DNA of 64,000 nt from an uncultured Candidatus Actinomarina sp. (GCA_902510055.1 CABWZY010000002.1:4183-68182); one strand, 5' to 3'; positions 37,655 to 48,622 are shown, counted from the stretch's first letter. Numbers and translations are program-made. The notes: generated from the sequence alone by a model not told the origin.

Positions 37655-38797
37655 ATGAAAAGAATATTAATTATCAATACTACATATAAAGAAAAAGGCG
37701 GAGAAGATACAAACATTATTGATGAAGTAGACTTTCTTAAAGAAAATTATGAAGTTGACTATTTAGAGTATAAAAATGCCGATAGAGTTAAATTTTTAGA
37801 CTCTCTAGCATTCCTCACTTCTTCTAACAGAGAATCAAATAAAAAGTTGAGAATGAAAATAATAGAATATAAGCCAGACATAGTCTATGTTCATAACACT
37901 TGGTACAAAGGGAACCTTGGAATTTTTAAAGTTTTAAAAAAAGAAAATATTAAAGTCTTTATAAAACTACATAATTTTAGGTACAACTGCACAAGAACTT
38001 TTTCAATTTCAAAGCACCTCCAAGGAAAGAAAGTTTGTTACATGTGTAATCTAAAAAAATCCAATTCTTATTTTAATAAGTACTTTCAAGAATCGTATTT
38101 AAAATCAATTTTTGTAATAATTTACGGAAGAAGATATTTTAAAATATTAAAAAATTATGATTTTAATTTGTTAGTAATGACTAATTTTCAGAAAGAATTT
38201 TTAATAAATTTAGGATTTAATACTGATAATGTTCATATATATAAAAACCCCACTTTTCAAAATGAGAATCCAGAGTATAAAGTTAATAGTGATTATTTAG
38301 TTTACGCTGGGAGAATTACAGAAGAAAAAGGTGTATATGAATTACTTGAAGCTTGGAACAGGTCAAAGCGAGAAAATTTAATATTAAAGATTATTGGAAG
38401 TGGTGAATTGCTCGAATCCCTTAAGGGGAATGAAAAATATCAAAACGTTCAGTTCTTAGGTGAACTAGGGCATAAAGAGACATTAGAAATTATAAAAGAC
38501 GCTAAGGGAGTAATGACAGCAACAAAAATGTATGAAGGCCAACCAAGATTATTGTGTGAAGCATTAATTAATGGCGTTCCTTCTTTATTTCCAAAGTTTG
38601 GAGGTATGAGTGAGTTTTTTCCAAAAGAATATATATTAAAATTTGAACAGTTTAATTATGAAGACCTTTCAAAGAAGATAGAGCTATTTACAAACGAGGT
38701 TCTTTTAGAGGAGATTAGCATAGATATAATTAATAACTCTAACTATATTTTCGACAAGAAGAAGCAATATGAGATATTTGAAGAAATTATTTCATAA
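37655..38797 (+). CDS. Glycosyltransferase family 4 (GT-B)
   Basis: YAGRITEEKGV...KIIGSGEL...TATKMYEGQPRLLCEALINGVPSLF. Confidence 0.72.
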   Translation: MKRILIINTTYKEKGGEDTNIIDEVDFLKENYEVDYLEYKNADRVKFLDSLAFLTSSNRESNKKLRMKIIEYKPDIVYVHNTWYKGNLGIFKVLKKENIKVFIKLHNFRYNCTRTFSISKHLQGKKVCYMCNLKKSNSYFNKYFQESYLKSIFVIIYGRRYFKILKNYDFNLLVMTNFQKEFLINLGFNTDNVHIYKNPTFQNENPEYKVNSDYLVYAGRITEEKGVYELLEAWNRSKRENLILKIIGSGELLESLKGNEKYQNVQFLGELGHKETLEIIKDAKGVMTATKMYEGQPRLLCEALINGVPSLFPKFGGMSEFFPKEYILKFEQFNYEDLSKKIELFTNEVLLEEISIDIINNSNYIFDKKKQYEIFEEIIS

Positions 38798-38874
38798 AAG
38801 ACTAAATTATTAGACATTTTATTAATAAATACTATGAATTTTTCATTCCTTGAACATTGGATATAATAATTAAC

Positions 38875-40038
38875 ATGGATTTAAAAGAACCTATTCCTTT
38901 ATTTAAGGTTTATATGAGTGAAGAGGCTTCAAATTCAGTATCTGATGTACTTAAAAGTGGGTATATAACACAGGGCCCAGAAGTAGAAAAGTTTGAAGAT
39001 ACATTAAAAGAATATTTTTCAAATAATAATGTAGTTACTACTAATTCTGCTACTTCAGGACTGCATTTAATATTTCATATGTTAAAAAAGTTTGGTTTAG
39101 GTCAAGAGAAAATAAAAATTGAGAATCAAGAAGACCACGTATTAACAACACCACTTACCTGTACTGCTACCAATTGGCCAATTCTTTCAAATGACATTAA
39201 ATTAAAGTGGGTTGATGTAGATCCTAATAATTGCAATATGAATCTTGATGATTTGGAAAGAAAACTAACAAAGAATACCAAAGCTGTATTAGTAGTTCAC
39301 TGGGGAGGATTTCCAGTAGATTTAGATAGATTGTCTAGGATTCAAGATGATTTTGAAAAAAAATATGGCTTTAAGTTTATCATTATTGAAGACTCAGCTC
39401 ATGCATTTGGGTCTTCATATAAAGATATAAAAATTGGAAATACAGACAATATAAGCGTATTTAGCTTTCAAGCAATTAAACATCTAACTTCTATAGATGG
39501 TGGATGTATTAACTTCAATGACAGTCTTGATGTTGAAAGAGCAAAACTTCTTCGATGGTATGGGATAGACAGAAATGAAAATAGAAAAGATTTTAGGTGT
39601 GAAACAGATATTGAAAATATTGGATTTAAATTTCACATGAATGATGTAAATGCTTATATAGGAAGAATAAATTTTGATTCAGTAACAAAGAATAAACTTA
39701 ATATCCATATTGATAATGGAAATTACTACAACAATGAATTAAAGGGTATTAAAGATGTTCAACTAATGGAATATTCATCAAACGATAAAGTTCCTTATTG
39801 GATTTACACAATAAAAGTAAAAAACAGGGATAATTTTATGAAACACATGGAAGAGAATAATATTATTGTTAGTCGCGTTCATGAAAGAAATGATAAGCAT
39901 TCTGCTGTACAAGAATTTCAAGAGGAGTTACCTTCATTGGACTCTTTTATAGACGAAATGGTTTGTATACCAGTTGGCTGGTGGGTTTCAGAAAAAGATA
40001 GAAAATATATAGTTGAAACTATAAAGCAAGGTTGGTGA
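38875..40038 (+). CDS. DegT/DnrJ/EryC1/StrS-family NDP-sugar aminotransferase
   Basis: YITQGPEVEKFE, EDSAHAFGS and FSFQAIKHLTSIDGG, with the PLP Lys retained. The track ORF starts at a TTG at 38857; the ATG at 38875 is preferred. Confidence 0.8.
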   Translation: MDLKEPIPLFKVYMSEEASNSVSDVLKSGYITQGPEVEKFEDTLKEYFSNNNVVTTNSATSGLHLIFHMLKKFGLGQEKIKIENQEDHVLTTPLTCTATNWPILSNDIKLKWVDVDPNNCNMNLDDLERKLTKNTKAVLVVHWGGFPVDLDRLSRIQDDFEKKYGFKFIIIEDSAHAFGSSYKDIKIGNTDNISVFSFQAIKHLTSIDGGCINFNDSLDVERAKLLRWYGIDRNENRKDFRCETDIENIGFKFHMNDVNAYIGRINFDSVTKNKLNIHIDNGNYYNNELKGIKDVQLMEYSSNDKVPYWIYTIKVKNRDNFMKHMEENNIIVSRVHERNDKHSAVQEFQEELPSLDSFIDEMVCIPVGWWVSEKDRKYIVETIKQGW

Positions 40039-41076
40039 TTAAAACTCCAACCATTCTGGGTTGTCAAGATACCATTTAACTAGTTTATTTAAACTATCTT
40101 CAACGGTATATTTTGGCTTCCATCCAGCATCTTTTATAAAGGAACCATCAATAGCATATCTTAGGTCATGACCGGGCCTAGAGGAGTGAAAGTCAACTAA
40201 CTCGAAATCAAGTTTAAGACCAGAATATTCAGAAATTAATTCTGCAATTTCTAAGTTATCTAGTTCTTTTGTACCTGGAATATTTACCTTCAAGCAATTA
40301 GGGCCAATCTCATCAGTTATTTGTGAATTCTTTAATGAATTAAAATTTTCAGTTATAAACAAAATTGAGCTTGCAACATCTTCTGAGTAAATGTAATGTC
40401 TGCTTCCTGCTTTGGATTTATCTTTATTGGCATGGATTGTAATTTTTTTATTATTTTTTAATTTCCATAATGTATTTGGTATATATTTTTCAGGATGCTG
40501 TCTTTCTCCAAAAACATTCATGCAATGTGTAATTGCAATAGGAAGATTGTATGTATTCTCAAAAGCAATAGCAAGCTCTTCACCTGCAGCTTTAGAGGCA
40601 CTGTAAGGATTTGTACTATTGTATCTATCCCATTCTTTGAATGATTTTCCTGGTTTTGCAGGTCCAAAAACTTCATCAGTACTGAAATAGATAAGACGTT
40701 CAAGGTTGTCCATAGACCTTGCGTAATTAAGAATATTAACAGTAGCTAAAACATTATCTTTGACAAACATAACAGGATCTACGATAGACCTATCAACATG
40801 AGATGATGCTGCTAGATGATAGATGACATCGACATCTCTAATTTGACTTTCTATTAAATTATTTATTTCAGATTTTAAATCATGATAAATAATGTGAAGT
40901 CTCTTTTTTGTTGAATTGTCATAGTCTTCAAGCATGTGATTAAATCTATTTAAATTACCTGAATAATCTAATCTATCAAGGCTTACTATTTCCCAGTCAG
41001 TATTATCAATGATATATTTGATAAGAATATGGCCAATAAATCCCGCCCCGCCCGTTACTAAAACTTTTTTTGACAT
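40039..41076 (-). CDS. rfbB: NDP-glucose 4,6-dehydratase (RmlB family)
   Basis: VLVTGGAGFIG, LDRLDYSGN, YSASKAAGEELAIAF, HCMNVFGERQHPEKYIP. Confidence 0.8.
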   Translation of the reverse strand: MSKKVLVTGGAGFIGHILIKYIIDNTDWEIVSLDRLDYSGNLNRFNHMLEDYDNSTKKRLHIIYHDLKSEINNLIESQIRDVDVIYHLAASSHVDRSIVDPVMFVKDNVLATVNILNYARSMDNLERLIYFSTDEVFGPAKPGKSFKEWDRYNSTNPYSASKAAGEELAIAFENTYNLPIAITHCMNVFGERQHPEKYIPNTLWKLKNNKKITIHANKDKSKAGSRHYIYSEDVASSILFITENFNSLKNSQITDEIGPNCLKVNIPGTKELDNLEIAELISEYSGLKLDFELVDFHSSRPGHDLRYAIDGSFIKDAGWKPKYTVEDSLNKLVKWYLDNPEWLEF

Positions 41077-41120
41077 ATATGAATATTAATCCTTAAAAAA
41101 TATAAAAAATCAATTTAATT

Positions 41121-41765
41121 TTAATAAGGTTCATAAACTCCAGTTAAATAATTTTTCCAAATAGAAATATTTTTATGAAAAAATTCCGTGCTTTTATTGG
41201 CATAAAAATCATACATTAATAATTCAATATGCAAATTTTTATCAATAAGATTTTTAACTTTTGTTGATTCTAAAAACTGAATCAAATCATAAGTGTTTGA
41301 ACCAAAATAACCTGTTTTTACTCTTTTATCACTTTCTATTGAAAAGTAGTTTTTATCTGATAGTAAGAATTCATTAATAAAATTAGAATCATTTATAACT
41401 AATCTTGGTTCGAAATAGAATAATTTTTCAAAATTAAGTAATTCTTTTGAATTATTTTGTAAAGTTTCCAACATTCCAGCACCTTTATTTTTTCTCCCTA
41501 CCTTGTTATTTTTATTACAAAAATATTTTGCTTCTTCTGGTAAGACGTTAATTATTTCTTTGGGCATGCTCTTTTGATTGTTTACTGTATTGTCAAAAAT
41601 ATATATATCATCAAAATTATTTATGATATCAATATTATTTAAAGCTTCTAGTCCTTTAATATAGGATTGAATTCTTTTATCACCATACTCAATTTTTACA
41701 GTATCTCTTGAAAAAATAGGTTTTTTTACAACAATTGAAGTATTTAATAATAAGAGTTTTTTCAT
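41121..41765 (-). CDS. Hypothetical protein
   Basis: 214-aa ORF, 4-nt overlap with the upstream methyltransferase gene. No family recognised. Confidence 0.4.
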   Translation of the reverse strand: MKKLLLLNTSIVVKKPIFSRDTVKIEYGDKRIQSYIKGLEALNNIDIINNFDDIYIFDNTVNNQKSMPKEIINVLPEEAKYFCNKNNKVGRKNKGAGMLETLQNNSKELLNFEKLFYFEPRLVINDSNFINEFLLSDKNYFSIESDKRVKTGYFGSNTYDLIQFLESTKVKNLIDKNLHIELLMYDFYANKSTEFFHKNISIWKNYLTGVYEPY

Positions 41766-42325
41766 ATATTAATTAAAGCCGTTTCTTCATCTTTATAAAA
41801 TATTGTAATGGAAGGAAATTTCTCAACAATTTGATATCTATAGTTATCTTTAATTGTTTGTAAAAAATTATTAATTTTAGGTTTCTTATATTTAAGCATC
41901 CACTCTACATTATCTCTTTCTTCAGACCCTCCCTCAAGGATCATTATTTTATTTGTTATTGGTAAATAGTTTTCTGTTGCAAATTTAAATATTTCTCCAT
42001 CATTTGAAATATCTATATGGATTAAATCATAATTATTTTTCTTTAAATGTTGATTAAAGAAGTTTCCGTATTCTATTTCTACATTTTTATTATCTAAAAA
42101 TTTATTTTTGGTTTCTTCATAATTTGAATTTTTGTATTTATAATCTTCAAATAAATCAACTGCTAGAATTTTACATTCTTTACTTGTATGACTTAAGAAG
42201 GATTTAAGTGAGTAACCATCTAATATGCCTATTTCCAATATGCTCATTGGCTCTATGGTTTGGCAAATAGTTTTAAATATTTGATCAAAATTATTTTCTT
42301 TATATGAAGAATTAAATGAATCCAT
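41762..42325 (-). CDS. Class I SAM-dependent methyltransferase-like protein
   Basis: 187 aa. ILEIGILDGYS (motif I-like), ILAVDL and LIHIDISND resemble Methyltransf_24/CmcI-type proteins. Confidence 0.55.
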   Translation of the reverse strand: MDSFNSSYKENNFDQIFKTICQTIEPMSILEIGILDGYSLKSFLSHTSKECKILAVDLFEDYKYKNSNYEETKNKFLDNKNVEIEYGNFFNQHLKKNNYDLIHIDISNDGEIFKFATENYLPITNKIMILEGGSEERDNVEWMLKYKKPKINNFLQTIKDNYRYQIVEKFPSITIFYKDEETALINI

Positions 42326-42350
42326 TAATACATTGTAAACTCACAATATA

Positions 42351-44156
42351 TTACTTAACAACATCCAATCCGTTAACTTCTATCCATTTAAATAAACTGT
42401 ATAATTTCCATATATTTCTCTCATCTATTGTGTTATGACTACTTTTATTTTGAATAGTATTTAAGTATGTATTTATAATTTCAGAATTATTTCTTTGTTT
42501 ATTCAAATATGGTGCACCAGTATTATTAATCCATTCTCCAAAATCATGACTAAACCCTTGTTTCTGTTGATTAGAAAGTTTTGAAAATTTAGATACAATA
42601 TTTCTTAATTCTTTTTTTGATTTAAATATAGAAACATTTTTCTTTTGATTTACAGATAGAGAGTAATTTAGTATTCTATCATCTAAGAATACAGGCCTTA
42701 CTTCAAGCCCATTTAACATTGACGCCGTATCGCTTTTCTTTAATATATTTGTATAAATGTAAGTATTCAAATCGATTAACTGTGTTAAATCAAATTTATT
42801 TTTGCTTGAAGATAAATCTAACTTATCTATATATGAATTAAATATGTCTTCCTCTTTTTTAATGTTATTTAGTTTAAATGTATTTTGCCAATTAAGTATT
42901 TTTACTGGGGTATTTTTACCTTGACCACTAAAAAATAATTCGTATTTATCTTTCAGATTTATATTTTTTTCACCCATAACTTTTTTATAAATTGTTGAAT
43001 ATAAAAAAATTAATTTCTTATATCTAGGAGGCAGGTAAGGAGATATTATTAAAGCCCTATACCAATCATATCCACTAAATAATTCATCAGCCCCATCTCC
43101 TGTTAAGACTGCTTTTGTTTGTTTTGAAACAAATTTATTTAAATAGTAAGTTGGGATTATGCTTGGATCTCCAATTGGTTCGGGTAGAATTTTCATTAAC
43201 TCATCAATAGTTTCATGATTAGATTCTTTTTTATATTTTATTATTTCATGTTGAATCCCAAGTTCTTTTGAAATTTCCATTGCTTTTATCGACTCATCAA
43301 ATTCATTTTTTTCAAACGATAAAGAGTAAGCTTTAACATTTTTATTCAAAATCTTTTTTGTTATATATGTGATTATTGACGAATCAATACCACCACTAAG
43401 CAACAGGTCTACATTTACATCTGCTTCTAGCTGGTCTTCTATAACTGTAGCTAGGAGGTTTTCTAATTTTAAATCACTATCTTCGTATTTCTTTTTTGGA
43501 GAAAAATAGGAAGACTTGTTAGATCCAGAAATTTTCCATTTTAGGTAGCTTCCGGGCTCAATTGTTTTTATATCATCTATAAGATTAGAAAACTTATTAA
43601 TCCCGCCAAATAATAAAAAACTTTCCATGTTGCTTTGTTTGATTAGCTTATTTGAAAAATTGTAAGTAATTAGTGGTTTTATTTCCGATGAAAAAACTAA
43701 AGGGTAATCATTAGTTTCCATATAGTGAAGTGGTTTTATACCTAGCTTGTCCCTACCTAAAAGAATAGAGTGATCGGTTGCATTATAAAAACTGAATGCA
43801 AACATTCCGTTTAATTCAGCTAATTTTTTTTCTTCATACTTTTTTATAAACTCAAAAAGATGATATGTGTCACTTGATGTTTTTTTGTTTAGATTAAGTT
43901 GTTTCTTAATTTTTTGTAAATCATATAGTTCACCATTGTAAATTAATTGATTATTATTCTCATCAGACATAGGCATTTTACCTACATCTTCACCCACAAC
44001 AGACAATCTCGTACTTCCAAAGTGTATAAAGTAATTATCTACTTTTATAATTGAATAAGAGCTTTCATCGGGTCCTCTATGAGATAACGAATTTGTTAAT
44101 TGTGAAATTAACCCTTCCTCTTCCTTGTAAGAGACAAAACCAATAAGACCACACAT
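42351..44156 (-). CDS. Asparagine synthase (glutamine-hydrolysing)-like amidotransferase
   Basis: 601 aa. The N-terminal nucleophile MCGLIGF, HRGPD, and the PP-loop LLSGGIDSS are present. Confidence 0.85.
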   Translation of the reverse strand: MCGLIGFVSYKEEEGLISQLTNSLSHRGPDESSYSIIKVDNYFIHFGSTRLSVVGEDVGKMPMSDENNNQLIYNGELYDLQKIKKQLNLNKKTSSDTYHLFEFIKKYEEKKLAELNGMFAFSFYNATDHSILLGRDKLGIKPLHYMETNDYPLVFSSEIKPLITYNFSNKLIKQSNMESFLLFGGINKFSNLIDDIKTIEPGSYLKWKISGSNKSSYFSPKKKYEDSDLKLENLLATVIEDQLEADVNVDLLLSGGIDSSIITYITKKILNKNVKAYSLSFEKNEFDESIKAMEISKELGIQHEIIKYKKESNHETIDELMKILPEPIGDPSIIPTYYLNKFVSKQTKAVLTGDGADELFSGYDWYRALIISPYLPPRYKKLIFLYSTIYKKVMGEKNINLKDKYELFFSGQGKNTPVKILNWQNTFKLNNIKKEEDIFNSYIDKLDLSSSKNKFDLTQLIDLNTYIYTNILKKSDTASMLNGLEVRPVFLDDRILNYSLSVNQKKNVSIFKSKKELRNIVSKFSKLSNQQKQGFSHDFGEWINNTGAPYLNKQRNNSEIINTYLNTIQNKSSHNTIDERNIWKLYSLFKWIEVNGLDVVK

Positions 44157-44256
44157 GATAAAATAACTATAATATTATGTTCGTAAAACTTTCAAGCTAA
44201 GCAAATGATTTCATTAAGTAAGTATCATTTAAATTTCATAATAGAATTGATTAATA

Positions 44257-46422
44257 ATGCTAATTAATAAAAATTGGAATAAGGTATTTCTTCTTATTTG
44301 TTTCATATTTGTAATGCTTCCTGCGTTTCTTATATTAGGAAACAAAATAAATACTGAAAATTTGATAAAACTTGAAGATGTTAGTGCGAATTTTGATGTT
44401 TATGATACACAATGCTTTAATAAAAAAGATGTAATTAATTCTATTGAAAGTTCATATACAGATAATAAATATAAATATCAAGATAGAGATATCTACCTTT
44501 CACAAAATTTAGATAATATTTTTTGCTTGGGGAATGTTGTAAATATACATATAGAAGAAAACGATATAACAATATTTATAGGCTCTAATCAAAAAGTTAA
44601 AGACCTAGCAAGCCTCTCTTGGTTAGTATTCTTATCTATTTTTTCCTTAATAAAACTAGAAAAGAAGTATCAACTAGTTATACCTGTTATTTTTATGTAT
44701 TATTTGACACAATTAATAGTTAATAATCGCAGTTTAAGTTTTATAGATTTACCAATAAATTTTCTTGGTACTTTTATGATTTTACTAATCGGCTTTTTAG
44801 TATTTGACCCTAATACTTATGAACAGGTTTTATTGCCAATAAAGAAAATTAATAAACTATTTTTAAAAAAGAGTAAAGAATTAAAAATAAATAAAAGTAA
44901 ATATTTTATAAAGAATTTAAATGTTCTTTTACTTTTAATTATTTTCATCTTGGGAATTTTAAAAAAACTAGTGTATATGGATAGCAAATTGATCTACAAC
45001 GATCAGCTTATTCAAGTTTATACATCTGCAAAAATGTTCTTTTTTAATCAAACATCATTTGAAGCAGCGCTCAATCAGCATACTCCATTAATTCCATTTA
45101 TATATAAACATATGTATTACATATTTGACTATAAGAATTTTGATATCGGATTATCTTTTTTAGGGATTCTTCTATCTCTTACATCATCACTAATTTTGTA
45201 TTTTGTAGTCATGAAAATATTAGAAAATAATGCTGTCTCTTTATTAGTTTCAACTTTATTTCTTGTATTCAATTTTAACAACAATGTCCTAAATAGAGAT
45301 TTAGGAATTTTAATATTTTTAATTATTATTTTAAATATTCAATTATTTGAAAAAACTCATTCAAATAAATATTTGGCTTTAATAATATTTTTTAGTATTT
45401 TACAAATATATAATTTGGAATCATATATATTTTCTATATTTTTAATGAATCTTTATGTTATTTACATAGGACCAAATAGAAATAAGGTTATTAGCTTTTA
45501 TTTTATCAGCGGATCAATTTCATTATTTTCTATTTATGGATCATTAATTATAAATGGAGAACTTTCTAATCTATTAAAAACAAATTATTTGTTTCACTTA
45601 CAAAATATTAATCCTGAATTTGTAAACACAAGGATGTTCAAGGCTATTGGATATACGCCTTACAGTGAAATAAATATCAAACATTTAATATTTTTAGGAG
45701 TAATAATTAATTTAATAATTACAATAAAAAACAAAAATTTATTTGAACGTAGATTTGAATTCCTAATATATGGATGGTTTTTAGTTGAACTCGTGAATCT
45801 TAAAATTACGGGACCAAGATTTTGGAATTATGGTATTAATTTAATTCTCCCCACTTTATTAATTTATGTGTTCATCTTTAAGAAAATTAGTAAAGGAGAT
45901 ATCAGTAACCAAACCTATTCGTATATTTTGACATTTTTATTTTTAGTATTATTTTTTAGTAATAATCTTATAAATTTAATAAATTTTCAAAATCATAATA
46001 ATGAAATAAATACAGTAAATTTATATACAAACCATGAACAAATTCTTAAATCAATTAAATATACAGATGAAAATCCGGAATTAGTTTTAACTTGGATACA
46101 TCCAGCTGATTGGCAATGGGTATTTAATAAGGAGAGAGAAATTCTTCCAGCTACGAAGCATTGGTGGTGGTTTTTTATGAAATATCACCAAACAGAAATG
46201 TATATTTGGGATAAAAATTGGAATGAAGATGAAATAAAGAGAGATTTTTATGCCGATTTAGAATTAGAGCAGCCAAAATACGCAATCGTCAATATAGGAA
46301 TAATTGAACCACCAATGTTCTTTACCGATCTTTTAGATAAATTTTATATTACAGTTTATGAAGATGATTCCTTCAAAGTGCTAAAAAGAGTAAATGAGAT
46401 AAAAGTATTTAATACCAACTAA
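44257..46422 (+). CDS. GT-C-like polytopic membrane protein with N-terminal Cys-pair module and C-terminal WWWF domain
   Basis: 721 aa. Paralogous to 61262-62827 over its core and C-terminus. The HTPL(I/P) block resembles the PPL motif of ArnT/PMT_2-type GT-C enzymes. Confidence 0.5.
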   Translation: MLINKNWNKVFLLICFIFVMLPAFLILGNKINTENLIKLEDVSANFDVYDTQCFNKKDVINSIESSYTDNKYKYQDRDIYLSQNLDNIFCLGNVVNIHIEENDITIFIGSNQKVKDLASLSWLVFLSIFSLIKLEKKYQLVIPVIFMYYLTQLIVNNRSLSFIDLPINFLGTFMILLIGFLVFDPNTYEQVLLPIKKINKLFLKKSKELKINKSKYFIKNLNVLLLLIIFILGILKKLVYMDSKLIYNDQLIQVYTSAKMFFFNQTSFEAALNQHTPLIPFIYKHMYYIFDYKNFDIGLSFLGILLSLTSSLILYFVVMKILENNAVSLLVSTLFLVFNFNNNVLNRDLGILIFLIIILNIQLFEKTHSNKYLALIIFFSILQIYNLESYIFSIFLMNLYVIYIGPNRNKVISFYFISGSISLFSIYGSLIINGELSNLLKTNYLFHLQNINPEFVNTRMFKAIGYTPYSEINIKHLIFLGVIINLIITIKNKNLFERRFEFLIYGWFLVELVNLKITGPRFWNYGINLILPTLLIYVFIFKKISKGDISNQTYSYILTFLFLVLFFSNNLINLINFQNHNNEINTVNLYTNHEQILKSIKYTDENPELVLTWIHPADWQWVFNKEREILPATKHWWWFFMKYHQTEMYIWDKNWNEDEIKRDFYADLELEQPKYAIVNIGIIEPPMFFTDLLDKFYITVYEDDSFKVLKRVNEIKVFNTN

Positions 46423-46497
46423 ATAATTAATATATTTTTAAGAACCGAAATAATGTTAAGCTCTAAGTAGAGCTCGAATATAACAGAGTTTTAACAG

Positions 46498-47508
46498 GTG
46501 AAGCAAATGTTTTCAAGTTACGATATAGCCAGAAAAGCAGATGTGGTTTTTTCAGAGGCACTTTCAGTAGATCAATTTAAAGAACTTGATAAAGAAGGAA
46601 TTCACGTTATTAATAGAACAGATGATATTATTTTTTATAAAAATAGAAAATTTACTTTAAAAGAAAACGATGTGATCTTTACTCACACTGGAAATTTGAA
46701 CAATTTATTTTATTTATTAAAGAAATTAAATCAAAAAATGAACTTAACATTAGTCACCCATCAATCTGACAGGATGATTGGTAAACACACTTTTAATAAA
46801 AAACCAAGATGTATAAAAAAATGGTATGCCTTAAATACTGACTACTCAAATGATAATTTAATACCGTTACCTCTTGGTGTAGCCAATGAGTATTCTTATA
46901 AAAAAAATATAATAAAAGATCAGTTACCAAAAGAACTAAAACTTGAAGATTATAAAAAAAATGAAAACCTTGTCTATATAAACTTTACCGAGAGTACTAA
47001 CTATAAAGAAAGATCTTGGATAAAAGAATATTTCTCTAATTCTGCCTGGGCTACGGTAGAAGATAGTGAATTAAGTATTAAAGAGTATATAGATAAAATT
47101 AAAAAATCTACTTTTGTTATCTGCCCATGGGGAAATGGCGTTGATTCTCATAGAATTTGGGAAACGCTATCCCTTGGGAGCATTCCAATAGTAAAAAAAC
47201 ACTTAACATTTAAGAATTTATCAGAACTTCCAATTCTTTTTGTGAATGATTTTAAAGAAATTAATGAAAAAATGTTAATTAATTACCTTTCTGAGCTTGA
47301 GAAAGGAGACTTTAATTTTAACTTATTAGATTCTGATTACTGGGGAGACTATATAAAAAAGGGGATAGTTAAAGGAGATAAAAAAATTGAGGTTAACGAA
47401 TCTAATTCGGTATTTTATTTTTACTATCTTCAGAGTGATCTTAAATCAAGACTTAATAGCTATTCTAAAAAAATTAATTACTATATAAGGAAAATTAAGC
47501 AAAAATGA
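46498..47508 (+). CDS. Exostosin (GT47)-like glycosyltransferase, putative
   Basis: 336 aa. The C-terminal FVICPWGNGVDSHRIWETLSLGSIPIV matches the exostosin-family C-terminal signature as remembered. GTG at 46498 or ATG at 46507. Confidence 0.45.
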   Translation: MKQMFSSYDIARKADVVFSEALSVDQFKELDKEGIHVINRTDDIIFYKNRKFTLKENDVIFTHTGNLNNLFYLLKKLNQKMNLTLVTHQSDRMIGKHTFNKKPRCIKKWYALNTDYSNDNLIPLPLGVANEYSYKKNIIKDQLPKELKLEDYKKNENLVYINFTESTNYKERSWIKEYFSNSAWATVEDSELSIKEYIDKIKKSTFVICPWGNGVDSHRIWETLSLGSIPIVKKHLTFKNLSELPILFVNDFKEINEKMLINYLSELEKGDFNFNLLDSDYWGDYIKKGIVKGDKKIEVNESNSVFYFYYLQSDLKSRLNSYSKKINYYIRKIKQK

Positions 47509-47514
47509 GATTTA

Positions 47515-48255
47515 ATGAAAGATAGTCCAAATATAGAATTTAATAAAGCTCAAGATGTTGGTGATCAATTTGTCTTACACCACCATCTAGGCCTCGGAGA
47601 TTCAATTGTTTGTAATGGCCTAGTAAATTATTTATCAAAAGAATTTAACAAAATATACCTACCCGTTAAAGGTAGTATTTTTTCAACTATAGATTATCTT
47701 TATTCTGAAAATGAAAAAGTAAAATTATTTGAAATCTCAAATGAAAATAGGGAAGAAGATATATATAAATTTGCAGTAGATAAAAAAATTAAAATTTTGA
47801 GGGTTGGCTATAGCAATGTTAAAGATGTTCCTTTTAATTTGGCATTTTATAAACAACTTAACATGCCTTATAGGTATACGTATAAGTATTTTTCTTTACC
47901 AGATGGAATCAATAAGGAAATTCAATTAAAGGATCATTTGGTTAAATTCTATAAAGTTGACCCATCAAATTATTCTATTGTTCACAATGAATATCAGTGG
48001 CCTGGCGGTACTTTTGAACTAGATAAACTAGATAAAAAAAATACTATATATGTTACAAAAGAATCAGATATATTTAAAAATATACTTTTATATAGAAAAT
48101 TGATTGAAGATGCAAAATCAATCCACTGTATAAATGGTAGCTTTCTTCATCTAGTTGAAAGAGTTAATACAAAAGCAAAGCTTTATTATCACCATGTTCG
48201 CAAAAACAAATTACATTTAGGCAATAATTGGACTTATGTAGATTATGAAGATTGA
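47515..48255 (+). CDS. Hypothetical protein, short GT9-like
   Basis: 246 aa. HHHLGLGDSIVCNGLVNYL resembles the GT9 N-terminal LGD motif. The protein is much shorter than heptosyltransferases. Confidence 0.3.
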   Translation: MKDSPNIEFNKAQDVGDQFVLHHHLGLGDSIVCNGLVNYLSKEFNKIYLPVKGSIFSTIDYLYSENEKVKLFEISNENREEDIYKFAVDKKIKILRVGYSNVKDVPFNLAFYKQLNMPYRYTYKYFSLPDGINKEIQLKDHLVKFYKVDPSNYSIVHNEYQWPGGTFELDKLDKKNTIYVTKESDIFKNILLYRKLIEDAKSIHCINGSFLHLVERVNTKAKLYYHHVRKNKLHLGNNWTYVDYED

Positions 48256-48622
48256 AGTCCCTATTTCATGTGGAGAGCTAGTTGATAAACTATCTATTCT
48301 TGAAATTAAAAAAACAGAAATTAAAGATGAAGAAAAGTTGAAACAAGTAGTTAATGAATTTAATGCGCTTAAAGAAATATATGAAAAATTATTTAATAAT
48401 TCAAAAGAAATAGAAAGTTTGTATAGAGAATTGTTAAAAATCAATGGAGAGCTTTGGAAGATTGAAGATAAATTACGAAAACTCGAGAAAGAAGAAGAAT
48501 TCGATGAAGAATTCATAGAATATGCAAGAGGTGTATATAAAACGAACGATAGAAGGTTTGAAATAAAATCACAGATTAATACAATGTTTAATTCTGAAAT
48601 AAAGGAACAAAAAGAGTATTAA
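48245..48622 (+). CDS. Small coiled-coil protein of unknown function
   Basis: 125 aa, Lys/Glu-rich heptad-like sequence. Overlaps the upstream gene by 11 nt and abuts the downstream start. Confidence 0.4.
   Translation: MKIEVPISCGELVDKLSILEIKKTEIKDEEKLKQVVNEFNALKEIYEKLFNNSKEIESLYRELLKINGELWKIEDKLRKLEKEEEFDEEFIEYARGVYKTNDRRFEIKSQINTMFNSEIKEQKEY

Noticed and set aside
47506-47517. In-frame TGA between ORFs 46498-47508 and 47515-48255 (same frame, two codons apart) as a possible selenocysteine codon, given selA/selB in the window
   Set aside because: There is no redox motif around the TGA and an ATG start follows immediately. No hairpin resembling a SECIS element is obvious just downstream, and the two halves look like separate proteins.
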